Origin: Terriglobia bacterium
GTDB lineage: Bacteria; Acidobacteriota; Terriglobia; UBA7540; JAPUME01
DNA: 64,000 bases
Direction: 5' to 3'
NCBI GenBank assembly: GCA_965222885.1
Contig: OZ244973.1
Location: 3,845,664 to 3,909,663 of the forward strand
Position numbers and translations under genes: made by a program. Every line of letters begins with the position of its first letter. The first letter of the stretch is position 1. Positions 39,501-47,499 of the stretch are shown one piece after another. A model generated the notes under the pieces. That model did no database searches, had not been told where the DNA came from, and worked only from the letters and a program-made list of their open reading frames with translations.

Positions 39501-41161
39501 GCTCGAAACCCGGCGAAGGAGGCCAGCTTCCGGGACACAAGGTAACTCCTCTGATCGCGCGGGTGCGGCGCGCGGTGGAAGGTATCCCGCTCATCTCGCC
39601 TCCGCCTCACCACGACATTTACTCCATCGAGGATTTGGCTCAACTGATTTACGACTTGCGGGAAATCAACCCTTGGGCACGCATCGGCGTCAAACTGGTT
39701 TCCCAAGCCGGGGTGGGAACGGTGGCCTGCGGCGTGGTCAAGGCCCGCTCGGATGTGGTGCTCATCAGCGGGCACGACGGAGGCACGGGTGCTTCCCCTC
39801 TCGGCTCGATTAAGAACACGGCATCCCCCTGGGAGATGGGAATCGCAGAGACTCAACAAGCCTTGCTGACCAACGGGCTTCGAGATCGGGCTCGGCTGCG
39901 CGTGGACGGAGGCATGAAGACAGGTCGGGATATCTTGGTGGCCGCGCTTCTCGGTGCCGATGAGTTCGGCTTCGGAACTTCCGCCTTGGTTGCTCTCGGG
40001 TGTGTCATGGCGCGCCAATGCCACCTGAACACCTGTCCGGTGGGAATTGCCACCCAGCGGGAGGACTTGAGGGCAAATTTTCCGGGCAAGCCGGAACATT
40101 TAATCAGCTACTTCCGCCAAGTGGCAGAACAGGTTCGGCAATTTCTAGCTCAGTTGGGGTTCCGCTCCCTGGGTGAAGTGACCGGCAGAACCAATCTACT
40201 GAAGGCCGTTTCCCATGAAGTTCCCGGGCGGCGCGGACGGCTTGACCCACGCACGATCCTTGTGCGGCCCGGTTTGAACGAACGGCCCGCCTCGGGGCCC
40301 ACTCTTAAGAAAGCGGAGAATATCGACTCCCTGGCAGCGCAGATGTGCGAAGAGGCTCGGCCACTTCTGGACGCCGGCAGCGGAGGCCGATTCGAACACA
40401 CGATTTCCAATAGCAACCGCACCATCGGCTCGCGGGTGGCGAGCGACATTGCCCGACGGTTCGGCGCGCAAGGCTACGCGCGCGGCCTGATTGAGTATGC
40501 CCTCTCGGGCAGCGCCGGCCAGAGTTTTGGCGCCTTCCTCACCCCCGGACTTCGATTGACCCTGGAAGGGGAAGCTAACGACTACGTGGGTAAGGGCCTG
40601 GGGGGCGGGGAGATTGTGATCCGTCCTCCGGCGGCCTCCGATTTCGCCTCCGAAAAGAACGTTATGATCGGCAACGCTGTGCTGTACGGAGCCACTCAGG
40701 GGCGTCTCTTCGTTGCGGGCCGCGCCGGGGAACGCTTCTGTATCCGCAACAGCGGCGCCGTGGCCGTGGTGGAAGGTACGGGAGATCATGGTTGCGAATA
40801 TATGACCGGCGGCGTTGCCGTCATCCTCGGCGAGACAGGCCGCAACTTCGGCGCCGGCATGACCAACGGTGTGGCCTATGTCTGGGACCCGGATAATAAG
40901 TTGGAACAACGATATAACAGGGATCTGGTGACGCTGGAAAGAATCATTGAACCGGAGGACTCCTCCCTTCTCCATGTCCTGGTAAGCGAGCATGCGGAAA
41001 AGACCCACAGCCAGCACGCGCGGCGGTTGCTGAGGCGCTGGCCGGAGTCTCTGCTGAATTTTTGGAAGGTCATTCCTCTTTCCCAGGTTCAAAAACGCGC
41101 ACTGGTGGCCGACCGCGTCGAAACAGAAATTACCCGCCAGCCCACCCGAGCCAAGCTTTAG
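36599..41161 (+). CDS. gltB: glutamate synthase large subunit
   Basis: The 1520-aa product has the N-terminal amidotransferase Cys (DSCGVGF), an FMN/Fe-S central domain (cysteine blocks CHLNTCPVG) and a C-terminal GXGXG beta-helix repeat region. Confidence 0.95.
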   Translation: MLNRSKSNTDKGLYCPDERDSCGVGFVAQLGASPSHRIVEQALESLSRLTHRGGVDADGVSGDGAGVLTHLPHEFFNEEARKLDPNYNPDWQIAVGVFFLPSDPMVRQKILSIAGNVVERRGLHCVGWRHVPRNHKALGPQARETQPMILHLLVAQPSGQARGYEQTLYLVRKEIERRVQEAGIRDLYIPSFSSRTIVYKGLMAPRQLGVFYRDLQQENFVSSAALFHQRFSTNTSPSWELAQPFRMIAHNGEINTLLGNRNWMKARESVLEHPIWGTDVEWLKPVVQPAGSDSASFDNGLELLTRSGRTVHHALLMMIPEAWENSVEVSPNVKAFYHYHACLMEPWDGPAAVAFMDGPLVGAALDRNGLRPARYTITHDGLVVLGSEVGLQDIEPERIREKGRLGPGQILLVDLEHHKIFTNDQVKRSVSHGRKYRRWILREMTLCPRLKASEETFCSPEGWGISTVSKDRKGFLSTQRAFGYTEEDVELLIRPMAAEKKEPVGSMGDDTPLAALSNRPRLLYDYFRQMFAQVTNPAIDPLRESLVMSLSLYLGARHSVLVETPQHASLLRLESPFLFNEELTQLKRVANGRFNPVTVSTLFDPTGEPSKSIRNFRQALGRIVQEARDAVARGSSLLILTDRGVSPERAAVPMLLAAAAVAERLLAEGMGNRVDFVVETAEAWEPHHFACLLSFGAAGVNPYLALETVADLAWRRQLGDVDVEQALENYRAATESGIKKVLSKMGISTVASYLGGKFFEIIGLDPSVVEGFFPGTRSSMSGRTLADIASDVLDRHANAYGSPHSRLEFAGIYRFRKGTERHASSPEVIRNLHKAARQGDAEAFQKFTEAVEHRAPMTLRDLLRFAPSHPIPLEEVEPVESIWKRFSTQAMSLGALSMETQQALAVAMNRIGGRSNTGEGGEDRDVYLELEGGLSANNKIKQVASGRFGVTPEYLVHAEELEIKMAQGSKPGEGGQLPGHKVTPLIARVRRAVEGIPLISPPPHHDIYSIEDLAQLIYDLREINPWARIGVKLVSQAGVGTVACGVVKARSDVVLISGHDGGTGASPLGSIKNTASPWEMGIAETQQALLTNGLRDRARLRVDGGMKTGRDILVAALLGADEFGFGTSALVALGCVMARQCHLNTCPVGIATQREDLRANFPGKPEHLISYFRQVAEQVRQFLAQLGFRSLGEVTGRTNLLKAVSHEVPGRRGRLDPRTILVRPGLNERPASGPTLKKAENIDSLAAQMCEEARPLLDAGSGGRFEHTISNSNRTIGSRVASDIARRFGAQGYARGLIEYALSGSAGQSFGAFLTPGLRLTLEGEANDYVGKGLGGGEIVIRPPAASDFASEKNVMIGNAVLYGATQGRLFVAGRAGERFCIRNSGAVAVVEGTGDHGCEYMTGGVAVILGETGRNFGAGMTNGVAYVWDPDNKLEQRYNRDLVTLERIIEPEDSSLLHVLVSEHAEKTHSQHARRLLRRWPESLLNFWKVIPLSQVQKRALVADRVETEITRQPTRAKL

Positions 41162-41201
41162 TTCAAACCTGGCCGCGATATTTTTTACTCGCGAGTTCGC
41201 C

Positions 41202-41582
41202 GTGCCAGACAGATCGAGCGGCCCGCCAAGCCTGAACAGAAAACAGGAAAACGTTTGTAATGTGAATCTTTGGCAAGTCATTGCTTTGTTCAGGGGGCGA
41301 AAAGTAATCGAGGTCACCCCGACCTCGGTGGAGATCTCCGGGGTGGACGGACCGACCTTTGCAGTGGACCTGTTCGCGCCAATTGGGGTGCCAGTGGGAA
41401 GCACGAGCCCAATCACTGATCGGGGAAAATATCCATGGGTCCTCCAGAAGCAACCCGACGGCTCCTGGAAGCCCGCTGCCGATACCTGGAATAATTCGGC
41501 ACCCTGCTGGGGAGAATCGGTGTGTTTACCAGTCGGTCGGCGTTCGCCGAATCCAATTTTTAGCAGAGGAACGAAATCATGA
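41202..41582 (+). CDS. hypothetical protein carrying only the C-terminal half of a DUF4440/SnoaL-like (NTF2-fold) domain; possible gene remnant
   Basis: The segment VEISGVDG...GKYPWVLQKQPDGSWKPAADTWNN resembles the C-terminal strands of DUF4440 proteins, but the N-terminal half is missing. Its TGA overlaps the next ATG (ATGA). Confidence 0.35.
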   Translation: MPDRSSGPPSLNRKQENVCNVNLWQVIALFRGRKVIEVTPTSVEISGVDGPTFAVDLFAPIGVPVGSTSPITDRGKYPWVLQKQPDGSWKPAADTWNNSAPCWGESVCLPVGRRSPNPIFSRGTKS

Positions 41583-43015
41583 TCAGCCGGGGGACGAAGA
41601 TTTTCTTGAGGAGCGCTTGGCTCAGAAGCGTCGAAGCACTCCTGGCATTGGCTTGTGTTCTCTTAGTCGGAACGTCCCTGCTCCGGGCCGGGCAACTCCA
41701 GATAGGCCGCAGCAAGGTCAAGATTACCCCCGGACCGGGTATTCCGATGGAAGGCTACTATCGGGTCCGCCTAAACAAAGGCGTACACGACGACTTATTC
41801 GCCAAGGCTATCGTGCTGGAAAAAGACGGCGTCCAAGCAGCCCTGGTGGCATGTGATCTAGTGGGCATTCCAAGACCGATCGTGGTGGAAGCACGGCGTC
41901 TGGCCGAGGAAATCACGGGCCTGCGGGGCGACCAAATTATGATCAGTGCCACGCACACCCATACGGGTCCGACAATGGGCTCGCGCCTTAAGGGAGTGGC
42001 CGCCAAGACCGAGGGCATCGCCAGGGCTTATCTCAAAGCGCTGCCGGGGATGATCGCCGAAAGTGTCCGATTGGCCGAAGCCGACCTGCAGCCGGCCCGG
42101 GTCTCGGCGGCGATCGGTCACGAAGATTCGGTCGCCTTCATCCGCCGCTTCCGGATGAAAGACGGAACCGTCGGCTGGAATCCCGGCAAGCTGAATCCGA
42201 AAATCGTTCGTCCCGTGGGGGAAATCGATCCCGCGGTTTCCGTTATTTACTTCGATACGCCCGACACAAAGCCGCTGGCGACCTACTTCAATTACGCCAA
42301 CCATCTCGATACCGTCGGCGGCCAGGATTTCTCCGCTGACTATCCCTACACGGTCGCCAAGCTGCTGGGCGCAGTGAAAGGCCTCGACATGCTGACCGTC
42401 TTCACGATTGGAACCGCCGCTAACGTCAACCATATCGACGTCAAGACTTCCCAGCGGCAGAGCGGGCATGAAGAAGCGGCGCGCATCGGTACCATCCTTG
42501 CCGGTGAGGTGCTACGCACCTATCGCAAGCTCGAGCCCTTGGAATCGGAAGCGCTGCAGGTTTCCCACGCGATGGTGAAGCTACCCTTGGTCTCCATGAA
42601 GCCCGGCGACCCGGAGTGGGCCCGGAAGATCGTCGCGAAATATAGCACGTCCGATGCGGCTCCCTTTCTCGACCAGGTTTACGCCTTCAAGGTGCTCGAC
42701 CTGGAGAAGCGCCAGGGCAAGCCGATTGCGGCGGAGGTACAGGTCATCACGCTCGGAGATCAGATCGCCTGGGTGGGATTGCCGGGTGAGGTCTTCGTCG
42801 AGTTGGGCAAGGCCATCAAGATCGCCTCGCCGTTCCGTTACACGATTGTTGCTGAGCTGGCGAACGGGTCGATCGACTACGTGCCCGACCGGCGAGCTTA
42901 TCCGCAAGGGGCCTATGAGGTGATCAGCGCCCGGGTCGCTTCAGGAAGCGGGGAAGCGCTCGTGGAAGCCGCGATTCGCCTCCTGGTCGGCCATCAAAGT
43001 GAGTTTTTGCCATGA
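41579..43015 (+). CDS. neutral/alkaline ceramidase-like hydrolase (secreted or membrane-anchored)
   Basis: After an N-terminal hydrophobic anchor come GY.....GVHDDLFAKAIVL....AALVACDLVGI and SATHTHTGP blocks, like the ceramidase_alk N-domain family. Confidence 0.7.
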   Translation: MISRGTKIFLRSAWLRSVEALLALACVLLVGTSLLRAGQLQIGRSKVKITPGPGIPMEGYYRVRLNKGVHDDLFAKAIVLEKDGVQAALVACDLVGIPRPIVVEARRLAEEITGLRGDQIMISATHTHTGPTMGSRLKGVAAKTEGIARAYLKALPGMIAESVRLAEADLQPARVSAAIGHEDSVAFIRRFRMKDGTVGWNPGKLNPKIVRPVGEIDPAVSVIYFDTPDTKPLATYFNYANHLDTVGGQDFSADYPYTVAKLLGAVKGLDMLTVFTIGTAANVNHIDVKTSQRQSGHEEAARIGTILAGEVLRTYRKLEPLESEALQVSHAMVKLPLVSMKPGDPEWARKIVAKYSTSDAAPFLDQVYAFKVLDLEKRQGKPIAAEVQVITLGDQIAWVGLPGEVFVELGKAIKIASPFRYTIVAELANGSIDYVPDRRAYPQGAYEVISARVASGSGEALVEAAIRLLVGHQSEFLP

Positions 43016-43236
43016 CCTGCGATTTGCCAAGACCTCATCAACAGGTTGGATGCCACGGGTAACGTTCCTGGACTTAGGCATTGCCTCCGGCACCCCGGGT
43101 CTTGACGGACCCGCTCAACGCACGAGCTTGTCCAAGCTGCAACGTCTTCGAATGGACAGGATAGGCGATCGAACTCGAATTCGGGACAGAATCTGAGACA
43201 CATGGGCCGAACATCTCTGGTTGAAAGGAAAACACC

Positions 43237-44820
43237 ATGAGCCGTGGCGCGCTATCAAGACGAGATTGGTTGAAAACAACGGGGGTTGTCGGCATTGGCT
43301 TTTTGGGCTCCGGTGGATTGGCTCTCACGACCGCGGCGGATTCGAACGATTTCAATTCAGTCATCGATATCGGCTCGCGGCGCGAATTGTTTCTTGACGA
43401 CTACCTGATCGAGAAGCTGGACGGCGCCTCGCAGAAGCTGCATCATCCGGTGCCGCGTAAAGTCGCCATCGTGCACGATGCGCCGTGGGAGGGCAGCGGG
43501 TCGTTATACCATACGGTCTTTCAGGATGGCGACCTTTACCGTATGTATTACCGCGGTTCTCCTATCCAAGTGACACAGGGCAAGTTGCATACCGATCGGC
43601 ACAAGCCGTTTTATTGCTATGCCGAAAGCGACGACGGCATCGAATGGAAAAAGCCCGAGTTGAGAATCGTCGAATTTGACGGCTCGAAAAGAAACAACAT
43701 CATCCTCGAGGAACTGGGAACGCACAACTTCGCTCCCTTCGAAGATGCCAATCCGGACTGCCCGCCCGAGTCCCGGTACAAGGCGCTGGGCGGGACCCAG
43801 CCGGAAGGCGGTTTGTTTGCCTTCCAATCGGCCGATGGCGTTCATTGGTCGCGATGGAGCGACAAACCGGTGATCACCCACGGCGCATTCGACTCGCAGA
43901 ATCTGGCGTTCTGGGATGCGACGATGGGTAAGTATCGGGCTTACTGGCGGTTCTTCACTGCGGGAGTCACCACCAAGGAAAACTGGAAGCCAGCCGGCTA
44001 TCGCGCGATTCGCACTGCGACTTCGCGCGACTTTCTGCATTGGGAAAACCACGCTGACCTGACGTACGTCGATTCACCCGTCGAGCATCTCTACACCAAC
44101 CAAATCCGCCCGTATTACCGGGCTCCACACATCCTGATCGGAATGCCGACCCGCTATATCGAACGTGGTTGGTCGGACTCGATGCGTGCGCTGCCGGACC
44201 TCAAGAATCGTAAGTTGCGCGCGTCAGCCCGTCTGCGTTATGGCACGGCGATCACAGAAGGATTGTTGATGGTCAGCCGTGATGGCCTCCACTTCAAGCG
44301 TTGGAACGAAGCGTTCCTGCGCCCGGGCATCGCTCGGCCAGGCACTTGGCAATACGGCCAGCAATACATCGCCTGCCAGGTAGTGGAAACGAAGTCGTCA
44401 GTGCCGGGTGCGCCCAATGAGCTGTCGCTATACGCGAGCGAAGACTACTGGCACGGTAAAGGCGTCACGTTGCGACGTTACACTCTGCGACTGGATGGCT
44501 TTGTTTCGATCCACGCTCCGATGAAAGGTGGCGTTTTTCTGACCAAGCCGCTGCGGTTCGCCGGATCACGGCTGACCCTGAACTTCTCGACATCGGCTGC
44601 CGGTAGCGTTCGCATCAAGGTTCAGGATCAGTCTGGAAAACCCGCCAACGGTTTTGACTTGACCAGTTGTCCGGCGCAATTCGGCGACTCCATTGCGCAC
44701 ACGGTGACCTGGAAGCACGGGCACGATGTCAGCAGATTGGCAGGCAAAACGGTGCGACTGCGTTTTGAGTTGAAGGACGCGGATTTATATTCGATTCGAT
44801 TCGAGGCCGATCCATCGTAA
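43237..44820 (+). CDS. Tat-secreted hypothetical protein, beta-propeller glycoside-hydrolase-like
   Basis: It has the twin-arginine signal SRRDWLKTTGVVG. Two S-x-D-G-x-x-W motifs (SDDGIEW, SADGVHW) are typical of propeller glycosidase-like folds. No precise family is recognised. Confidence 0.7.
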   Translation: MSRGALSRRDWLKTTGVVGIGFLGSGGLALTTAADSNDFNSVIDIGSRRELFLDDYLIEKLDGASQKLHHPVPRKVAIVHDAPWEGSGSLYHTVFQDGDLYRMYYRGSPIQVTQGKLHTDRHKPFYCYAESDDGIEWKKPELRIVEFDGSKRNNIILEELGTHNFAPFEDANPDCPPESRYKALGGTQPEGGLFAFQSADGVHWSRWSDKPVITHGAFDSQNLAFWDATMGKYRAYWRFFTAGVTTKENWKPAGYRAIRTATSRDFLHWENHADLTYVDSPVEHLYTNQIRPYYRAPHILIGMPTRYIERGWSDSMRALPDLKNRKLRASARLRYGTAITEGLLMVSRDGLHFKRWNEAFLRPGIARPGTWQYGQQYIACQVVETKSSVPGAPNELSLYASEDYWHGKGVTLRRYTLRLDGFVSIHAPMKGGVFLTKPLRFAGSRLTLNFSTSAAGSVRIKVQDQSGKPANGFDLTSCPAQFGDSIAHTVTWKHGHDVSRLAGKTVRLRFELKDADLYSIRFEADPS

Positions 44821-44914
44821 CAAGCCGACGTATGGAGGATGGCGCGGACGGGTAGGGTCGCGACGGCGATCTTCCCAGAGCCGTCTGGCTGCCTCTTGAG
44901 GACAAAGACGCTCC

Positions 44915-45300
44915 TGCCCTCTGAGGCGACAGCGGTTGCTTGCTGAACCAGCCGGTAGAATGGCTTGCTGCGGCTGCGTGCCTTACGATGGTTGAAGAGA
45001 AAAGTGTCCTCGTCCAGATAATAGTCCGGGTGCTGGGGACTGACCGCTCCCTGATGGGTGCCCAGCAGCCAGCGCTTCACCAACGACACCACCCGGTGCA
45101 CGCAGGGCATCAGCTGAGACGCATGGGCCGACGGCCCGTCCAAGAAGCTCACCTAGTGCCGGTAGCCATCGCTTTCCAGTGGCTTATAGCCCAGCCAACC
45201 GTCGGTGTGGATACAAGGCCGCCGCGCTCCGGTAGCGGCGGAAACGGTGGACGAAGACAGGGGAATACGCGAACATGGCTTCGAAGAAGACCTGTATCGG
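44915..45300 (-). pseudogene. IS1595-family (ISXO2-like DDE) transposase remnant
   Basis: HTDGWLGYKPLESDGYRH is followed by an in-frame TAG (45153-45155). The sequence then continues SLVKRWLLGTHQGAVSPQHPDYYLDEDTFLFNHRKARSRSKPFYRLVQQA, which matches the C-terminal half of IS1595 transposases. The N-terminal zinc ribbon and the first Asp region are absent. Confidence 0.6.
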
Positions 45301-45461
45301 GCGAACCCATGTGACTTCTCTTCACAGTAGCGCGAAGGGCCTTTGACGGCGCTCGTGGCGGCCCTGGAAACGGAAGGAATTCGCTGCGATACTGGGCTTG
45401 AAGTTCGCCTACGCAACCAACAAAGCCGCCATCGACGAGGGCGTTTTAGGAAGGAGCCACC

Positions 45462-46757
45462 ATGACCGATCCCGCCCGCACCTTTGCTGTCGCCTCCAAC
45501 GAGGCTCTCGTTGAGTTAATCTCGCACGCCCGCAGTCGTCTCGTTGTCATTGCCCCCGCACTAACGCAAGCCGTCGCTGATGCCGTCTCCCGCCGGTCCG
45601 ACGATCTCGAACAGCTCAGCGTGACCGTCATCCTCGACTCCGACCCCGAGGTTTATCGCCTAGGCTTTGGCGATCAGAGCGCCTTGAACGCGATCCGCTC
45701 CGCGAGTGCGCGTAACCTGTTAAACCTTCGGGAGCAACCGGGCGTGCGGATTGGCGCAGTGATCGCCGACGACACGGCGATGGTCTACTCGCCGGCATCC
45801 AGAAACATCGAGGCAGGCTCGACCTCCGTCGACAAGCCCAATGCCATCGTCCTGACCGGTGCTGCCGCCGAGCGCATTGCCGCAGCTGCAGGCGCGGAGA
45901 CTGGCAAAGAGGCGCTAAAACCCGAGGTGGGGAACAGGGCTCTTGAGCCCACCAAGGTACAGGAGATGTGCTCTAACCTGGAGGCAAACCCGCCAAAGCC
46001 GTTCGACATCACGCGCAAGCTGAACGTTTTCGCATCGAAGGTTCAGTACGTCGAATTTTCCGCGTCGAACTACCGTCTCACGACGCGGCAGATACCCTTG
46101 CCCCCGGAACTTGTCGACGTAGCCGACAATGATTTGAAGAATCGCATCACCGGTCGAATCCGCGCACCATTCGACGGTATCGGTAAGCTCGAAGTCACCC
46201 TCGACGATGACGGAAAAGTCGAGCAACTGAAGGTCGATGACGACTGGCTTAAGAAAGAGAGAAAGCGGATCGAGGACGAGTATACGTTCCAGATCAACAA
46301 CTTTGGGCGGGTGATACTATCCAGCGACCGAGATGCGTTCGATAAGGCGGCAACACGCTTCAGATCGATTGTAGAGAAATACCAGATTGTTCTGCAAGAT
46401 ACTCTCGGAAAATTAAAGTCGGAATTCAAGGAGAGTATTGTCAATGAGTTTTCCCCGAGATGGAAAAAGAATCCGCCAGAGTATTTTGCGAGATGGGGCA
46501 TCAAGGCGACGCCCGATAAAATTAGGGAAGAACTCCAGCGATTGGCACAGGAGCTTTTCGAAAGTGCCATTTCATTCGACACTCCGGTCGTGAAGATTCT
46601 CTACAAGGGCGTCGCGCCGGAGAACCTGCGAGACAGAGTGTTCCTCGAAGTGCTGGAAACGGTCATGCACAAGAGGCGAGTGCCAGGCGAAATCATTGAT
46701 TCGTTATTCGAGTCGGGTCAGGCCGTGCCGGAGACCGGCACCTTCCTTGGCCGGTGA
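45462..46757 (+). CDS. hypothetical protein: N-terminal PLD-like fold without the HKD motif, plus a Lys/Glu-rich helical C-terminal region
   Basis: The 431-aa ORF follows an AGGAAGGAG RBS. Residues ~10-135 follow the PLD-nuclease strand/helix order (SRLVVIAPAL...VTVILDSD...GVRIGAVIADDTAMVYSPASRN), but the H-x-K position reads R-I-G. The rest is unrecognised. Confidence 0.75.
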   Translation: MTDPARTFAVASNEALVELISHARSRLVVIAPALTQAVADAVSRRSDDLEQLSVTVILDSDPEVYRLGFGDQSALNAIRSASARNLLNLREQPGVRIGAVIADDTAMVYSPASRNIEAGSTSVDKPNAIVLTGAAAERIAAAAGAETGKEALKPEVGNRALEPTKVQEMCSNLEANPPKPFDITRKLNVFASKVQYVEFSASNYRLTTRQIPLPPELVDVADNDLKNRITGRIRAPFDGIGKLEVTLDDDGKVEQLKVDDDWLKKERKRIEDEYTFQINNFGRVILSSDRDAFDKAATRFRSIVEKYQIVLQDTLGKLKSEFKESIVNEFSPRWKKNPPEYFARWGIKATPDKIREELQRLAQELFESAISFDTPVVKILYKGVAPENLRDRVFLEVLETVMHKRRVPGEIIDSLFESGQAVPETGTFLGR

Positions 46758-46895
46758 GGAAGCAGAGAATCGATAGATACGGGTAGTACAGGAGCACCTC
46801 TGACTACCCGCACACGGGGTATTGTATTCCTCCCTTCTGATGGATTCAGAAAGGGGAAGTATGCCAGAGCTGGGTGTCCCTTTGGTGAGATGGCA

Positions 46896-46940
46896 GCCGG
46901 CCAGGGCGAAGTGAGCGGAGCGAACCCAGCCCTGGCCGGC
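46896..46940. repeat. perfect 12-bp inverted repeat (GCCGGCCAGGGC / GCCCTGGCCGGC) with a 21-nt loop
   Basis: I read it directly from the sequence. It lies in the 430-nt non-coding gap between the orphan gene and the RRM gene. Confidence 0.6.
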
Positions 46941-47190
46941 TGGAAGAACCCTCCTAACTCCCTCAACGGGGTCTTTCCCAGAATCTTGATCCTCCTCAGG
47001 GGGGTACGATGTCTATTCCGAGTTCCAGAGTGGGACGGAGATTGACTGGACTTGTCAAATGCGAGAGGATAGGTTCGATAAGCTAAATTTGGGGATTCAT
47101 CTCCGCGTGGCCCGGCCTGGATGCGGTTGCCTGCCCGGCGATGATCCTCGTCAAAAGGATAAACTCAAATCGACAAGAAGGTGTTGACTC

Positions 47191-47499
47191 GTGAAGAATC
47201 TCTATGTGGGAAATTTGCCCTATCAGGTGGACGAGACGCAGTTACAGGAGTGCTTTACCCAAGAGGGCTTCACCGTGGAGAGCGTCTCGCTGATTCGAGA
47301 CCGCTACTCCGGCGCATCCCGCGGCTTCGCTTTCGTTTCCATCAGCAATGACGAAGAAGCCGAGCGTGCCATCCAGGCCTTAAACGGCAAAGACTTATCC
47401 GGGCGGGCCTTGGTAGTGAACGAAGCACGTCCACGCCGTGAATCCGGCGACAGGGGCCGTGGGCAAGGCGGCGGCGGCGGACAATCCCGAAATTGGTAG
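47191..47499 (+). CDS. RRM-type RNA-binding protein with Gly/Arg-rich tail
   Basis: It has RNP2 (LYVGNL) and RNP1 (RGFAFVS) motifs and a C-terminal RGRGQGGGGG tail. The start is GTG. Confidence 0.9.
   Translation: MKNLYVGNLPYQVDETQLQECFTQEGFTVESVSLIRDRYSGASRGFAFVSISNDEEAERAIQALNGKDLSGRALVVNEARPRRESGDRGRGQGGGGGQSRNW

Noticed and set aside
37010-41416. Several long minus-strand ORFs (241, 343 and 406 aa) inside gltB
   Set aside because: They are antisense shadow ORFs of a very well supported 1520-aa gene and have no recognisable domains.
43338-43347. 10-nt match (GGATTCGAAC) to the T-arm of tRNA-Ser as a possible distal att site
   Set aside because: The match is too short, lies inside a coding region 12.7 kb away, and does not extend into the acceptor stem. 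It is most likely chance.
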